A stretch of DNA of 64,000 bases, taken from contig OZ245893.1 of assembly GCA_965229645.1 (NCBI GenBank), positions 2,335,572 to 2,399,571 on the forward strand, read 5' to 3'. Position 1 is the first letter of the stretch. Every line of letters starts with the position of its first letter. The notes below the pieces were generated by a model. That model had not been told where the DNA came from, ran no database searches, and worked only from the letters and a program-made list of their open reading frames with translations. A program made the translations under genes and the position numbers. The DNA is from Alphaproteobacteria bacterium. Its GTDB lineage: Bacteria; Pseudomonadota; Alphaproteobacteria; UBA7985. Shown one piece after another: positions 19,940 to 29,226 of the stretch.

Positions 19940-20482
19940 TTAAATGACCGTTGCCCAATCGCGTTTAGTCACCGACATTATGCGCCTTGGGTCATTGGCA
20001 AAGAAGTTCCATGCCTCAGCGCACTTTTGAAGAATTTCCTCGTATGTGTCGAATACCGATAGTGCGAGTTTGTTTGCTCGCAGATATTGCCAGACGTTTT
20101 CCATAGGGTTGAGCTCTGGCGAGTAGGGCGGCAATTTTAGGAGCGTGATATTCTGGGGTATCTCTAGTTTGTTAGCCAGATGCCAACCTGCGCAATCAAG
20201 CACAAGGATCGCATGCGCACCAGTAGCAACCGTTTTGGAGATTTCCGCTAAGTGCAAGTTCATCGCCTCGGTGTTCACATAAGGCAAGACCAGCCCCGCG
20301 GCGACACCCCGTTCGGGACAGGCAGCCCCGAAGATATAGCTCCATTGATAACGTGTATCACGCGGCGCACGCGGGCGAGTGCCCTGAGGCGCCCAAATAC
20401 GCGTCACTGTGCCCTTCTGACCTACGCGCGCCTCATCCTGAAACCAAACCTCAAGGGTTTTTTCGCGGGCGTAGTCAGGCAA
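19940..20482 (-). CDS. IS630-family transposase OrfB (DDE catalytic half), probably expressed as an OrfAB fusion by -1 frameshift
   Basis: WFQDEARVGQ (first D/E of the DDE triad) and PPYSPELNPMENVW. Slipping -1 on A AAA AAA reads ...LKKNFSKIIRDILPDYAREKT, joining the two ORFs. Confidence 0.75.
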   Translation of the reverse strand: MPDYAREKTLEVWFQDEARVGQKGTVTRIWAPQGTRPRAPRDTRYQWSYIFGAACPERGVAAGLVLPYVNTEAMNLHLAEISKTVATGAHAILVLDCAGWHLANKLEIPQNITLLKLPPYSPELNPMENVWQYLRANKLALSVFDTYEEILQKCAEAWNFFANDPRRIMSVTKRDWATVI

Positions 20483-20490
20483 AATATCCC

Positions 20491-21003
20491 TTATGATCTT
20501 TGAGAAGTTTTTTTTAGCGCCTCCTGGGCCTCTTTGTCGGTTTTGGGGTGTTCGGGCCGCACTGTCATACGCCGAAATCCCAGCTTGTCCAAGTAGTTCC
20601 CCACTGTGCGCTCACTCACCTCGATCTTCATTTCTTGTTTGATCCGATCTGCTAAGTCTTTGCGTCGCCAACGTACAACGCCATCGCGCTCAACGTCAGG
20701 ACCAGCCTTTACCCAAGCTGCAAGTTGGTCCATCTCAGATCCTTTGATGCGGGGCTTGGCTCCTGCGCCTTTGCGATCTTCCAAACCCCCAACGCCTTCG
20801 TCATTATAGCGATGGATCCAATCACGTAGCGACTGTCGGTCCATGCCGCTACTTTCTGCTGCGTACTTACGAGACGCACCTTCCAAAACAAGTGCTATGG
20901 AAAGCAATCGCCCGCCAACTCGACCGTTCTTCGCCTTGCGTGCCAGCGCCCGCAAATCATCGGCACTCTTGTCAAGACGGGTAATGGGAACCGCTGCACT
21001 CAT
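20491..21003 (-). CDS. IS630-family transposase OrfA (HTH/DNA-binding half)
   Basis: 170 aa. Ends ...EALKKTSQRS; an A8 run (minus strand, forward 20508-20515) lies 20 nt before the stop. Confidence 0.75.
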   Translation of the reverse strand: MSAAVPITRLDKSADDLRALARKAKNGRVGGRLLSIALVLEGASRKYAAESSGMDRQSLRDWIHRYNDEGVGGLEDRKGAGAKPRIKGSEMDQLAAWVKAGPDVERDGVVRWRRKDLADRIKQEMKIEVSERTVGNYLDKLGFRRMTVRPEHPKTDKEAQEALKKTSQRS

Positions 21004-21100
21004 ATCAAACTCCTATTCAATGATCCCTGCATCGAATCAGAATTGGACCACCTTGGGAATACCTAAAATTAAGAGTCGCTCATTCTTGCCGCTGGTATTA

Positions 21101-21165
21101 TTCGGCGACAAAAAATCCAAACGGCCTCCAAGCCCGAGGGGTGCTGGAAACGTCCACTCCCCAAA
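21101..21165. repeat. Fragment homologous to MITE internal module A (CTCCAAGCCCGAGGGG...GGAAACG)
   Basis: Partial match to GGGCTCCAAGCCCGAAGGGCGCAGGGAACGCC; abuts the IS630 right end. Confidence 0.35.
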
Positions 21166-21183
21166 AAAGTTCCAAGTTCGAGA

Positions 21184-21636
21184 CTAGGCGGCCTCGGTGG
21201 TCCCGCCAGTGCGCGTGTTGGGAAACATGGTCTGCCAATCGGGGGCCATGTCGATCAGCGAAACCGAATTGAGCGCGGCCCTGACTGCTGCGTTGACACG
21301 ATCCCAATTGCCCGCAACCCCGCACAGGCTTTCGACGGCGCAGAGTTCATCGGAGTCTTCGACGCAAGCCGTCAGGGCGATGGGGCCTTCGATGGCGGTG
21401 ATGACTTCGGCGACGCTGATGGCGCGGGCCTCGCGTTTTAACTCATAGCCGCCCGCCGTGCCGCGCGTTGAGATCACCAATTCGCCTTTGCCCAGGAGTT
21501 TCATCAATTTGGCAACGGTCGGTGCGGGAATGCCCGTGGACTCGGCCAAGGCCGACACCGATTGCGGCCCACGGTCGCCTGTTGCCAGAAACGATAGGAG
21601 CACAACCGCATAGTCAGTCAGCTTGGAAAGCTTCAT
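21184..21636 (-). CDS. Rrf2-family transcriptional regulator (IscR/NsrR-like, three conserved Cys)
   Basis: MKLSKLTDYAVVLLSFLA...; Cys cluster C-x(5..7)-C-x5-C near the C-terminus. Starts 47 bp downstream of sucB on the same strand. Confidence 0.8.
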   Translation of the reverse strand: MKLSKLTDYAVVLLSFLATGDRGPQSVSALAESTGIPAPTVAKLMKLLGKGELVISTRGTAGGYELKREARAISVAEVITAIEGPIALTACVEDSDELCAVESLCGVAGNWDRVNAAVRAALNSVSLIDMAPDWQTMFPNTRTGGTTEAA

Positions 21637-21682
21637 GAACGCTTACCTTTGCGGCTTTTTGGAGCGATTGAGCGGCCCCCCG

Positions 21683-22864
21683 CTAAAGCCCCAGCAGCAG
21701 TTTTTCGGGGGCTTCTAAAGCGTGCTTGACCTTCACAAGGAACGTCACCGCTTCCTTCCCGTCGATCAAGCGGTGGTCGTAGGAGAGGGCTAGGTACATC
21801 ATGGGGCGAATTTCAACCTGGCCCGCCACGGCGACGGGGCGGTCTTGGATCTTGTGCATGCCCAAGATGCCCGACTGCGGTGGGTTCAGAATCGGCGCGG
21901 AGAGGAGCGAGCCGTAGGTGCCGCCGTTGGAGATGGTGAAAGTACCGCCCGTCATTTCCGCCATGGAAAGTTTGCCGTCGCGGGCACGAACGCCAAAGTC
22001 GGCAATGGTCGATTCGATCTGGGCAAAGCCCAGCTGATCGGCGTCGCGAATCACGGGTACGACAAGGCCCGTCGGCGTCCCCACCGCCACGCCGATGTTG
22101 TAAAAGTTCTTATAGACCACATCGTCGCCGTCGATCTCGGCGTTGACGGCGGGAATGTCTTTGAGCGCCTGGCAGCAGGCGGCGACGAAAAACGACATGA
22201 AGCCGAGCTTGGTGCCGTACTTGGCAACAAAGGCCTCCTGGTGCTGCGCGCGCAAGGCCTTGATGGCCGACATGTCCGCCTCATTGTACGTGGTCAGGAT
22301 CGCGGCGGTATTTTGCGCCGCTTTCAGGCGTTTGGCGATGGTTCGCCGCAGGCCCGTCATGCGGACACGCTTTTCCTGGTCCGCCGTCGCTTGGGGCCCG
22401 GCGGGCGGCGCTGTTGCTGTCGTGGGCGCGGGTCCCCCTGGCGCGGCGCCTGCCGCCAGCATGTCCCCCTTGGTCACGCGGCCATCCTTGCCCGATCCTG
22501 CCAGGGTCGCGGGATCGATCTGCGGGTTTTCCGCCGCGAGCTTTTGAACCGCCGGCGATTGGCTTGGGCTCGCAGGGGCCGTGGGCACAGGATCGGGGGC
22601 GGCAGGACTGGCTTCGGCTGCGGGTTCGCCCGCCTCGATGAGGCCCAAAACCGCGCCAGGGACAACCGCGTCCCCTTCCGCGACTTCATGGCTGGCCAGC
22701 GTTCCTGCCTCGGGTGCCAAGACTTCGATGGTGACCTTGTCGGTTTCCAGTTCCATGACAACTTCATCGAGGCCCACGGCCTCCCCCGGCTGCTTCAGCC
22801 AGGCAGCAACGAAGCCTTCGGAGACGGATTCGCCTAAGGAGGGAACGAGAATTTTGGTCGCCAT
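21683..22864 (-). CDS. sucB: Dihydrolipoyllysine-residue succinyltransferase (E2 of 2-oxoglutarate dehydrogenase)
   Basis: Lipoyl domain [11 protein letters not shown], Ala/Pro linker, catalytic DHRLIDG. Confidence 0.9.
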   Translation of the reverse strand: MATKILVPSLGESVSEGFVAAWLKQPGEAVGLDEVVMELETDKVTIEVLAPEAGTLASHEVAEGDAVVPGAVLGLIEAGEPAAEASPAAPDPVPTAPASPSQSPAVQKLAAENPQIDPATLAGSGKDGRVTKGDMLAAGAAPGGPAPTTATAPPAGPQATADQEKRVRMTGLRRTIAKRLKAAQNTAAILTTYNEADMSAIKALRAQHQEAFVAKYGTKLGFMSFFVAACCQALKDIPAVNAEIDGDDVVYKNFYNIGVAVGTPTGLVVPVIRDADQLGFAQIESTIADFGVRARDGKLSMAEMTGGTFTISNGGTYGSLLSAPILNPPQSGILGMHKIQDRPVAVAGQVEIRPMMYLALSYDHRLIDGKEAVTFLVKVKHALEAPEKLLLGL

Positions 22865-22876
22865 GGGTCGATCCTT

Positions 22877-23263
22877 TTACGCAAGAGGAGGGGAGTGGGT
22901 ATAAGATAGGTAGAGGCAGGCCAGGGCGCCCAAAACAGCGCCAGCCAAGGGAATCAGCGGCGCATCCAGAAATCGCCGCGCGAGATTGGGGCCCAGCACC
23001 GCCCAAAACAGTCCCGCAAGGGCCACAGCGCCGATGTGGAACGTGCTGGTCAGGAAGGCGATCATGGCCCAGCCTTGGGTCTTGGGGCCATAGGTCATCA
23101 GCATGTCGGCATAGAGGTAAGTTGCGAGGATCAGGAACGCGGCGGCCAACGCGAGCGGCAGACGCGCCGCGTGCTGCACATTTGCCAGGTTCTCCACCAT
23201 GAAGGTCCAGGCAAAAAGGCTCAGCCCCATGACCAGCAAAAAGCTGAGGCCGTAGCCGCTCAC
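22877..23263 (-). CDS. Small 4-TM membrane protein of unknown function, translationally coupled between sucA and sucB
   Basis: 128 aa with four hydrophobic segments. Its GTG start overlaps the sucA TGA stop (GTGA); 12-bp gap to sucB. Confidence 0.5.
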   Translation of the reverse strand: MSGYGLSFLLVMGLSLFAWTFMVENLANVQHAARLPLALAAAFLILATYLYADMLMTYGPKTQGWAMIAFLTSTFHIGAVALAGLFWAVLGPNLARRFLDAPLIPLAGAVLGALACLYLSYTHSPPLA

Positions 23264-26088
23264 AGGCCCAGCGCCTCCGCGACCAGCGTCTCTTGCTGAC
23301 GGGCATGGGCCTTGGCCGACCCCGTGGCGGGGGAGGCGGCGGCGCGGCGCCCTGCGTAAGTGGGGCGCGGATTTTTGGCCTTAAGGGTATGCAAGACCGC
23401 CTCGATTTCGGGCGCCACAAAGCTCCAACCCCCCATATTCTTGGGTTCTTCCTGGCACCAAACAAAGTCGGCGCCCGCCAGAGGGGCGAGCATCTCGGTC
23501 AAGGCATCGGTGGGAAAGGGGTAGAGCTGTTCCAGGCGCAAAATCTGCACGCTGGCGTCCAGGTCCGCTGCCGCGCGCGCTGCGTGCAGATCATAATAGA
23601 CTTTGCCGGCGCACAAGATGACCCGCTGCACTTCGTCGGGTTTATGGACCACCAAGTCGTCCATGACGCGGTGAAACGACGAACCATCCAGGAAGTCGGA
23701 CTTGGCCGAAACCGCGAGCTTGTGCCGCAGCAACGACTTGGGCGTCATGACGATCAGCGGCTTGCGGAAGTCGCGGCGCAGCTGGCGGCGCAGGGCGTGG
23801 AAGTAGTTGGAGGGCGTGGAACAGTTCAGCACCTGCATATTATCCTCGGCGCACAGCTGTAGGAACCGTTCCAACCGCGCCGACGAATGCTCGGGCCCCT
23901 GCCCCTCGTACCCATGGGGCAGCAGCATGACGAGCCCCGACATGCGCAACCATTTTTCTTCGCCCGAGGCGACGAACTGGTCGATCATGACCTGCGCGCC
24001 GTTGGCAAAATCGCCAAACTGGGCTTCCCAGATCGTTAGGCTGTTGGGTTCGGCGAGGGAGTAGCCGTACTCAAAGCCCAGCACTGCGAATTCTGAGAGT
24101 GGGGAGTTGACGATTTCGGCCTGGGCTTGGCCCTCGACCATGTGGTTCATGGGCAGGAAGGCCGCGTCGCTGGTCTGGTCGATGACGGCGGCATGCCGGT
24201 GCGAGAAGGTGCCGCGCCGCACGTCCTGGCCCGACATGCGGATCGGGTTGCCCTCTAGCAACAGCGATCCAAAGGCCATATTTTCCGCAGTGCCCCAGTC
24301 AAAGCCTTCGCCGTTTTCAAACATGGCCGCCTTGGCGTCCAACAGGCGAACGATCTTGGAATTGGCCTCAAAGCCCTCGGGCAAGGTCACAAGACCCTTG
24401 TGCAGCTGCTGGTACGTCTCCTCCGAGATGGAGGTGAGGCCGCGGCGGGGGCCTTGCTTTTCGGCCTGTTCGAACCCCACCCAGCGCCCTTTGAGCCAGT
24501 CCGCCTCATTGGGGCGGTACGATTGGGCGGCGCTAAACTCTTCCTCGAGCATTTCCATGGTTTGGTTGAACAGGGCGGTGCTCTGGTCTTGGGTCACCAC
24601 CCCGCGCGCGGCCAAATCGTCGGCATAGAGTTCCCGCGTCGTCCGCTGCGCGCGGATTTTTTGGTACATGAGCGGTTGGGAGAATAGGGGTTCATCGCCC
24701 TCATTGTGGCCAAAGCGCCGGTAGCAGAACATGTCCACCACCACGTCTTTTTTGAACTTTTGCCGGTAAGACGCCGCGATCCGACACACATGGACCACCG
24801 CCTCGGGGTCATCGCCGTTCACGTGCAAGATCGGGGCTTCGACGATCTTGGCAACCTCGGTGCAGTAGGGCCCAGAACGGGCGTTGACGGGGTTGGTCGT
24901 AAAGCCGATCTGGTTGTTGGTGATAAAGTGGATGGTCCCGCCCGTGCGGTAGCCGCGCAAGCCTGCCAGATCGATGGTCTCGGGCACCAACCCCTGGCCC
25001 GCAAAGGCGGCGTCCCCGTGCAAGAGCAGGCCCATGACCTTGCTGCGTTCGCTATCGCCGCGCTGGTCCATCTTGGCTCGTACCTTGCCGACGACGACGG
25101 GATTGACTGCCTCGAGGTGCGAGGGGTTGGCCGTGAGCGACAGATGCACGACCTGGCCATCAAACTCCCTGTCGGCAGAGGCCCCCAGGTGATACTTGAC
25201 GTCGCCCGAGGCATCGATATCGTCGGGGTTCGCGCTGGTGCCGAGGAATTCGGAGAAGATGGCGCGGATCGGCTTGTTCATGAAATTGGCCAGGACGTTC
25301 AAGCGCCCGCGATGCGCCATGCCGATCACGACTTCCTCGACCCCTTCCTTGGACGCTTGCTTGATAATCTGCTCCAAAGCTGGGATGGTACTTTCGCCGC
25401 CGTCCAAACCAAAGCGCTTGGTGCCGCGGAATTTTTTGTCGAGGAACTTCTCAAAGGCTTCGGCTTCGGTCAGGCGTTCTAAAATCGCTTGGCGGCCCGT
25501 ATCCGTGAACTTGTCGATTTGGGCGTCGCCTTCCAGCCGGGTTTGCAACCAGCGCTTTTCCTCGGGTTCGGCGATGTGCATGAACTCGACCCCGATGCTG
25601 CCGCAATAGACCTGGCGCAGCCGGTCCAGCACCTGCCGCACCGTCGCGGTCTCAAAGCCCAGATGCCCGTCGATAAAGACCTGACGGTCCAGACGGTCCG
25701 CCGTGAACCCGTAGTTGGCGGGGTCCAAGTCTGGATGGTAAGCAGGTTCGACCAACCCCAGGGGGTCGAGCTGGGCCTGCAAATGCCCCAGCACCCGGAA
25801 GTTGCGGATCATGAGCAGCAACTGAATCGAATCGTGAATCGCTTGGGGGTCCGAAGGCGCATCCGACGCGCGCGCAGGCGGCGATGCCTGCTGCCAGCGG
25901 GGCGGATCGAAATCGGCGCTGAGGCGGTGCGCCTCATCGCCCAAATCGCGAAAGTAGTCGGCCCAAGACGGGTCAACGGCGGCGGGGTCGGCCAAATAGG
26001 TCTGGTAAATTTGCGCCACAAAGGCGGCATTCTCCCCGCTTAAAAAGGCAGTGGCGGCTATTTCATCGCGCGAGCTGGGGTCTGTCAT
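23260..26088 (-). CDS. sucA: 2-oxoglutarate dehydrogenase E1 component
   Basis: 942 aa; N-terminus MTDPSSRDEIAATAFLSGENAAFVAQIYQTYL typical of SucA. Confidence 0.95.
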   Translation of the reverse strand: MTDPSSRDEIAATAFLSGENAAFVAQIYQTYLADPAAVDPSWADYFRDLGDEAHRLSADFDPPRWQQASPPARASDAPSDPQAIHDSIQLLLMIRNFRVLGHLQAQLDPLGLVEPAYHPDLDPANYGFTADRLDRQVFIDGHLGFETATVRQVLDRLRQVYCGSIGVEFMHIAEPEEKRWLQTRLEGDAQIDKFTDTGRQAILERLTEAEAFEKFLDKKFRGTKRFGLDGGESTIPALEQIIKQASKEGVEEVVIGMAHRGRLNVLANFMNKPIRAIFSEFLGTSANPDDIDASGDVKYHLGASADREFDGQVVHLSLTANPSHLEAVNPVVVGKVRAKMDQRGDSERSKVMGLLLHGDAAFAGQGLVPETIDLAGLRGYRTGGTIHFITNNQIGFTTNPVNARSGPYCTEVAKIVEAPILHVNGDDPEAVVHVCRIAASYRQKFKKDVVVDMFCYRRFGHNEGDEPLFSQPLMYQKIRAQRTTRELYADDLAARGVVTQDQSTALFNQTMEMLEEEFSAAQSYRPNEADWLKGRWVGFEQAEKQGPRRGLTSISEETYQQLHKGLVTLPEGFEANSKIVRLLDAKAAMFENGEGFDWGTAENMAFGSLLLEGNPIRMSGQDVRRGTFSHRHAAVIDQTSDAAFLPMNHMVEGQAQAEIVNSPLSEFAVLGFEYGYSLAEPNSLTIWEAQFGDFANGAQVMIDQFVASGEEKWLRMSGLVMLLPHGYEGQGPEHSSARLERFLQLCAEDNMQVLNCSTPSNYFHALRRQLRRDFRKPLIVMTPKSLLRHKLAVSAKSDFLDGSSFHRVMDDLVVHKPDEVQRVILCAGKVYYDLHAARAAADLDASVQILRLEQLYPFPTDALTEMLAPLAGADFVWCQEEPKNMGGWSFVAPEIEAVLHTLKAKNPRPTYAGRRAAASPATGSAKAHARQQETLVAEALGL

Positions 26089-26381
26089 GGGTCGTGTCCA
26101 AGGTCAAAGGCCCCAGCCCTCTAACCCGATCAGCCGCGTTTGAAAAGCGGCGGGTTTTGCCATGCTCAGGAAGGGGCGGATATAGGGGCTTCGGCTCAGC
26201 AAGCCCCCACCTGAGGTCATCTTGCGGGCAGTCGCAGAATTATGGCGGCTTAGTCCGCGTGCGGCCCAGTGAGTTAAGAATTGACGCGGCGGGCGTTTGG
26301 CTTAAGTCTGCTCGCAAGCGGCGCTGCTGCGTTTGGAGACGATTGGGCAGGGGCCGCTCCACACTTTGGAGGAGCTTTCTT

Positions 26382-27956
26382 ATGCGACATCTTATCTTAC
26401 CCTCGGGTCTTTTGACCGCAACCCTCGTGGCCACCACGGCCCTGTCGAGCGCCCAGATGGTACTCAATCGTGGCAACGCTGGCGAGCCTGGCTCGCTCGA
26501 CCCTCATCAGATTTCTGGAACTTGGGAATCGTCGATTGCCCGCGATCAGTTTCTCTCGCTCTATACCGAAGCGGCGGACGGGTCGATCATCCCTGGAGCC
26601 GCCGAAAGCCATACGGTCTCGGACGACGGCCTCGTCTATACCTTCACGCTACGCGAGCATACTTGGTCCGACGGCACGCCCGTTACGGCAGCGGACTTTG
26701 AGTTTTCGTTCAAGCGCATTTTGGACCCCGCGACCAGTTCGGGCTACGCTTACCTGCTCTACACCATCGACGGCGCCGAAGAATTCAATGCGGGCGAGGC
26801 GGAGGTTGACGCCGTGGGCGTCACCGCCCTCGACGACCAGACCCTTGAGGTGCGCCTCGCCGCCCCCGCGCCCTACTTCATCGCCCAAACCACGCACCAA
26901 ACCGCCTATCCCGTGCCCAAGCACATCGTTGAAGCGTACGGCGCCGACTGGGCGCGGCCCGAAAATATCGAGGTCAACGGTGCCTTCAAGGTCAGCGACT
27001 GGAAGATCGGCGAAGTCCTGACGGCCGAGAAAAACCCGCTGTTCTACGACGCCGATCAAGTGGCGCTCGACGCGGTGAATTTCTATCCCATCGAGTCCGA
27101 GACAACGGAATTGAACCTGTATCGCGAAGGGGCCTTGGACATCACCGAAAATGTTCCCACCGACGTGATCGACGAACTTCGCGAAGAGTTTGGCGACGAA
27201 CTGCAACTCACCCCCTACGGTGGCACCTACTACTACGCCTTCAACACCAACGACGAAGCCCTGAGCGATCCCGAAATCCGTAACGCCCTGTCCATGGCCA
27301 TCGACCGCGCGTTCATCGCCAACGAAGTGGACGGAACGGGGGTCGTGCCCGCCTACGGCTTCGTGCCGACCTCGATTTCAGGCGGGTACGAAGTACAGAC
27401 GGTTCCCTGGGCCGATACGCCTTACGCTGAGCGGGTTGCGATGGCCGCAGAAACTTTGGCCGCCGCAGGCTACACGGCGGACGCCCCGCTTGCCCTCACC
27501 CTGAGCTACAACACCAACGACGGGCACAAGAACATTGCGCTGGCGGTGGCCGACATGTGGGCCGAGATCGGGGTTGCGGTCGAACTCTATAACTCCGACG
27601 TGTCCACGCACTACGATGCTTTGCAAGCCCAGGACTTTCAGGTCGGGCGCGCGGGATGGATTTGGGACTATCCCGACGCCGAGAACTTGCTGGCGCTGAT
27701 GAAAACCGGCGTGCAGTACAACTACGGCGAGTATTCCAACGCCGAATTTGACGAGCTGCTAGCAGCTTCCTACACTCAGTCGGGGACCACACGCATGGCG
27801 ACTTTGCAAGCTGCCGAAGCCCTTGCCATGGCAGAAGCCGCGCTGGCACCGATCTACTACTACAACTCCAAGCACTTGGTCGCCCCCTACGTCGAGGGTT
27901 ACCTTCCCAACGGCGACGACCGCCACCCCTCGCGCTGGATTTCCTTGAGCGAGTAA
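26382..27956 (+). CDS. ABC transporter substrate-binding protein, family 5 (peptide/Opp/Dpp-like)
   Basis: GGAGG ribosome-binding site before the ATG at 26382; signal peptide MRHLILPSGLLTATLVATTALSSA. The listed ORF starts earlier, at 26094. Confidence 0.85.
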   Translation: MRHLILPSGLLTATLVATTALSSAQMVLNRGNAGEPGSLDPHQISGTWESSIARDQFLSLYTEAADGSIIPGAAESHTVSDDGLVYTFTLREHTWSDGTPVTAADFEFSFKRILDPATSSGYAYLLYTIDGAEEFNAGEAEVDAVGVTALDDQTLEVRLAAPAPYFIAQTTHQTAYPVPKHIVEAYGADWARPENIEVNGAFKVSDWKIGEVLTAEKNPLFYDADQVALDAVNFYPIESETTELNLYREGALDITENVPTDVIDELREEFGDELQLTPYGGTYYYAFNTNDEALSDPEIRNALSMAIDRAFIANEVDGTGVVPAYGFVPTSISGGYEVQTVPWADTPYAERVAMAAETLAAAGYTADAPLALTLSYNTNDGHKNIALAVADMWAEIGVAVELYNSDVSTHYDALQAQDFQVGRAGWIWDYPDAENLLALMKTGVQYNYGEYSNAEFDELLAASYTQSGTTRMATLQAAEALAMAEAALAPIYYYNSKHLVAPYVEGYLPNGDDRHPSRWISLSE

Positions 27957-28011
27957 CCCCCCTTAACTCTTAAGGCAGCGGGGCGCCGACCGCCCCGCTG
28001 TCTCCCCTGCC

Positions 28012-29226
28012 ATGGCCTACGCGTTTCAACGCTTCTTGCAGATGCTGGTGCTGGTGTTTTTTGCCTTGCTCCTGGTCTTCTTGACGCAGCGCTTGGCCCC
28101 GGGCGGTCCGTTCGACGGCGAGCGGCCGCCGCCCAAGCGCATTTTGGAAAATTTGCGCGCTTACTACGATCTCGATTTATCGCTGTCGGCGCAATTCGGC
28201 GCTTATTTGTATGGGATGGCGGGGCGTCGGTTGCGCGATGACGGCACGCCTGGGCAAGTCTATTGGCTCGGTCTGCCCGCAACCTACGGTACCGCAACGC
28301 TCGGCACCCAAACCGACAACGGCGGCACGGGGCCGCTGGTCCAGGTCTGGTGCCCCTGGGGGGCTTGGCTGAAAACCTGGGTTGGCGCCCGCCCTGCGGA
28401 CGCCCGCCCCTTGCGCAAGTGCGGTATTTTGCGCGGCGACTTTGGCCTGTCGATGGTGCGGCGGTCGGTCTATGTGAACGACTATATGCGCGCGGGCGCG
28501 CCCGCGACGCTGAAGTACGCGATCCCCGCGCTCCTGTTCGCCCTCGGGCTCGGCATTCCCATGGGGCTCTACGCCGCCTACCATCAGAACAAGTCGGCCG
28601 ACTTGGCCATGGTCAGCGTCGGCATGTTCGGCACCGTCGTACCGAACTTGGTCATGGCGCCGCTGCTGATTTACCTATTCGCCTTCGGCCTCGACAAGGT
28701 GTTTCACTGGCTGTTTGTCGATGTTCTGCAATGGATCGAGCTGTCGGCGCGCCAGCAACGCACGGGCCTGAACTGGATCCCGAGCGGACGCCCAGGCGGG
28801 CCCATGCACTATGTCTTGCCGACCCTGGTCTTGGGGACGGCGATTCTGGGCCGGGTGGTGCGCCTGACCCGCGCGGGCGCGCTGGAGGCGCTGAAGTCCA
28901 ACTACGTCCGCACCGCCCGCGCCAAAGGGGTGCCAGGGCGCAGGATTTTGTTCCGCCATGTCTTTAAGCCCGCGATCTTGCCGACCGTGACCTTCCTGGG
29001 GCCGTTCGCGGCGGTGATTTTGACGGGGTCACTGGTGATTGAGCAAGCCTTCAGCCTGCCAGGGCTGGGGCGGCAGTTCATTACCGCCGCCATCGATCGC
29101 GACTATACCTTGCTCATGGGGACGACGGTGATTTTGCTGCTGGTCATCATCGTGCTGAATTTTCTGGTCGATCTGACCTACGCGTGGCTCGACCCCCGCA
29201 TCCGCCGCCGTGGGACCGCCGCATGA
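28012..29226 (+). CDS. ABC transporter permease (OppB/DppB-like) with an enlarged periplasmic loop
   Basis: 404 aa. An extra ~80-90 aa sits between TM1 and TM2 compared with typical 306-340 aa OppB proteins. Confidence 0.8.
   Translation: MAYAFQRFLQMLVLVFFALLLVFLTQRLAPGGPFDGERPPPKRILENLRAYYDLDLSLSAQFGAYLYGMAGRRLRDDGTPGQVYWLGLPATYGTATLGTQTDNGGTGPLVQVWCPWGAWLKTWVGARPADARPLRKCGILRGDFGLSMVRRSVYVNDYMRAGAPATLKYAIPALLFALGLGIPMGLYAAYHQNKSADLAMVSVGMFGTVVPNLVMAPLLIYLFAFGLDKVFHWLFVDVLQWIELSARQQRTGLNWIPSGRPGGPMHYVLPTLVLGTAILGRVVRLTRAGALEALKSNYVRTARAKGVPGRRILFRHVFKPAILPTVTFLGPFAAVILTGSLVIEQAFSLPGLGRQFITAAIDRDYTLLMGTTVILLLVIIVLNFLVDLTYAWLDPRIRRRGTAA

Larger units (their letters stand above)
19924..21100 (-). 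mobile_element. IS630-family insertion sequence (~1.18 kb) with termini TAATACCAACGG.../...CCGCTGGTATTA, the same termini as the MITE family
   Basis: The left end begins AATACCAACGGAAAAATTAAATGACCGTTG and the right end reads GCCGCTGGTATTA. Two ORFs encoding IS630 transposase N- and C-terminal halves lie between them. Confidence 0.7.

Noticed and set aside
26094-26381. N-terminal extension of the substrate-binding-protein ORF back to 26094.
   Set aside because: The extension is Arg/Cys-rich and covers the divergent sucA promoter region. A good GGAGG ribosome-binding site and a signal peptide begin at 26382.
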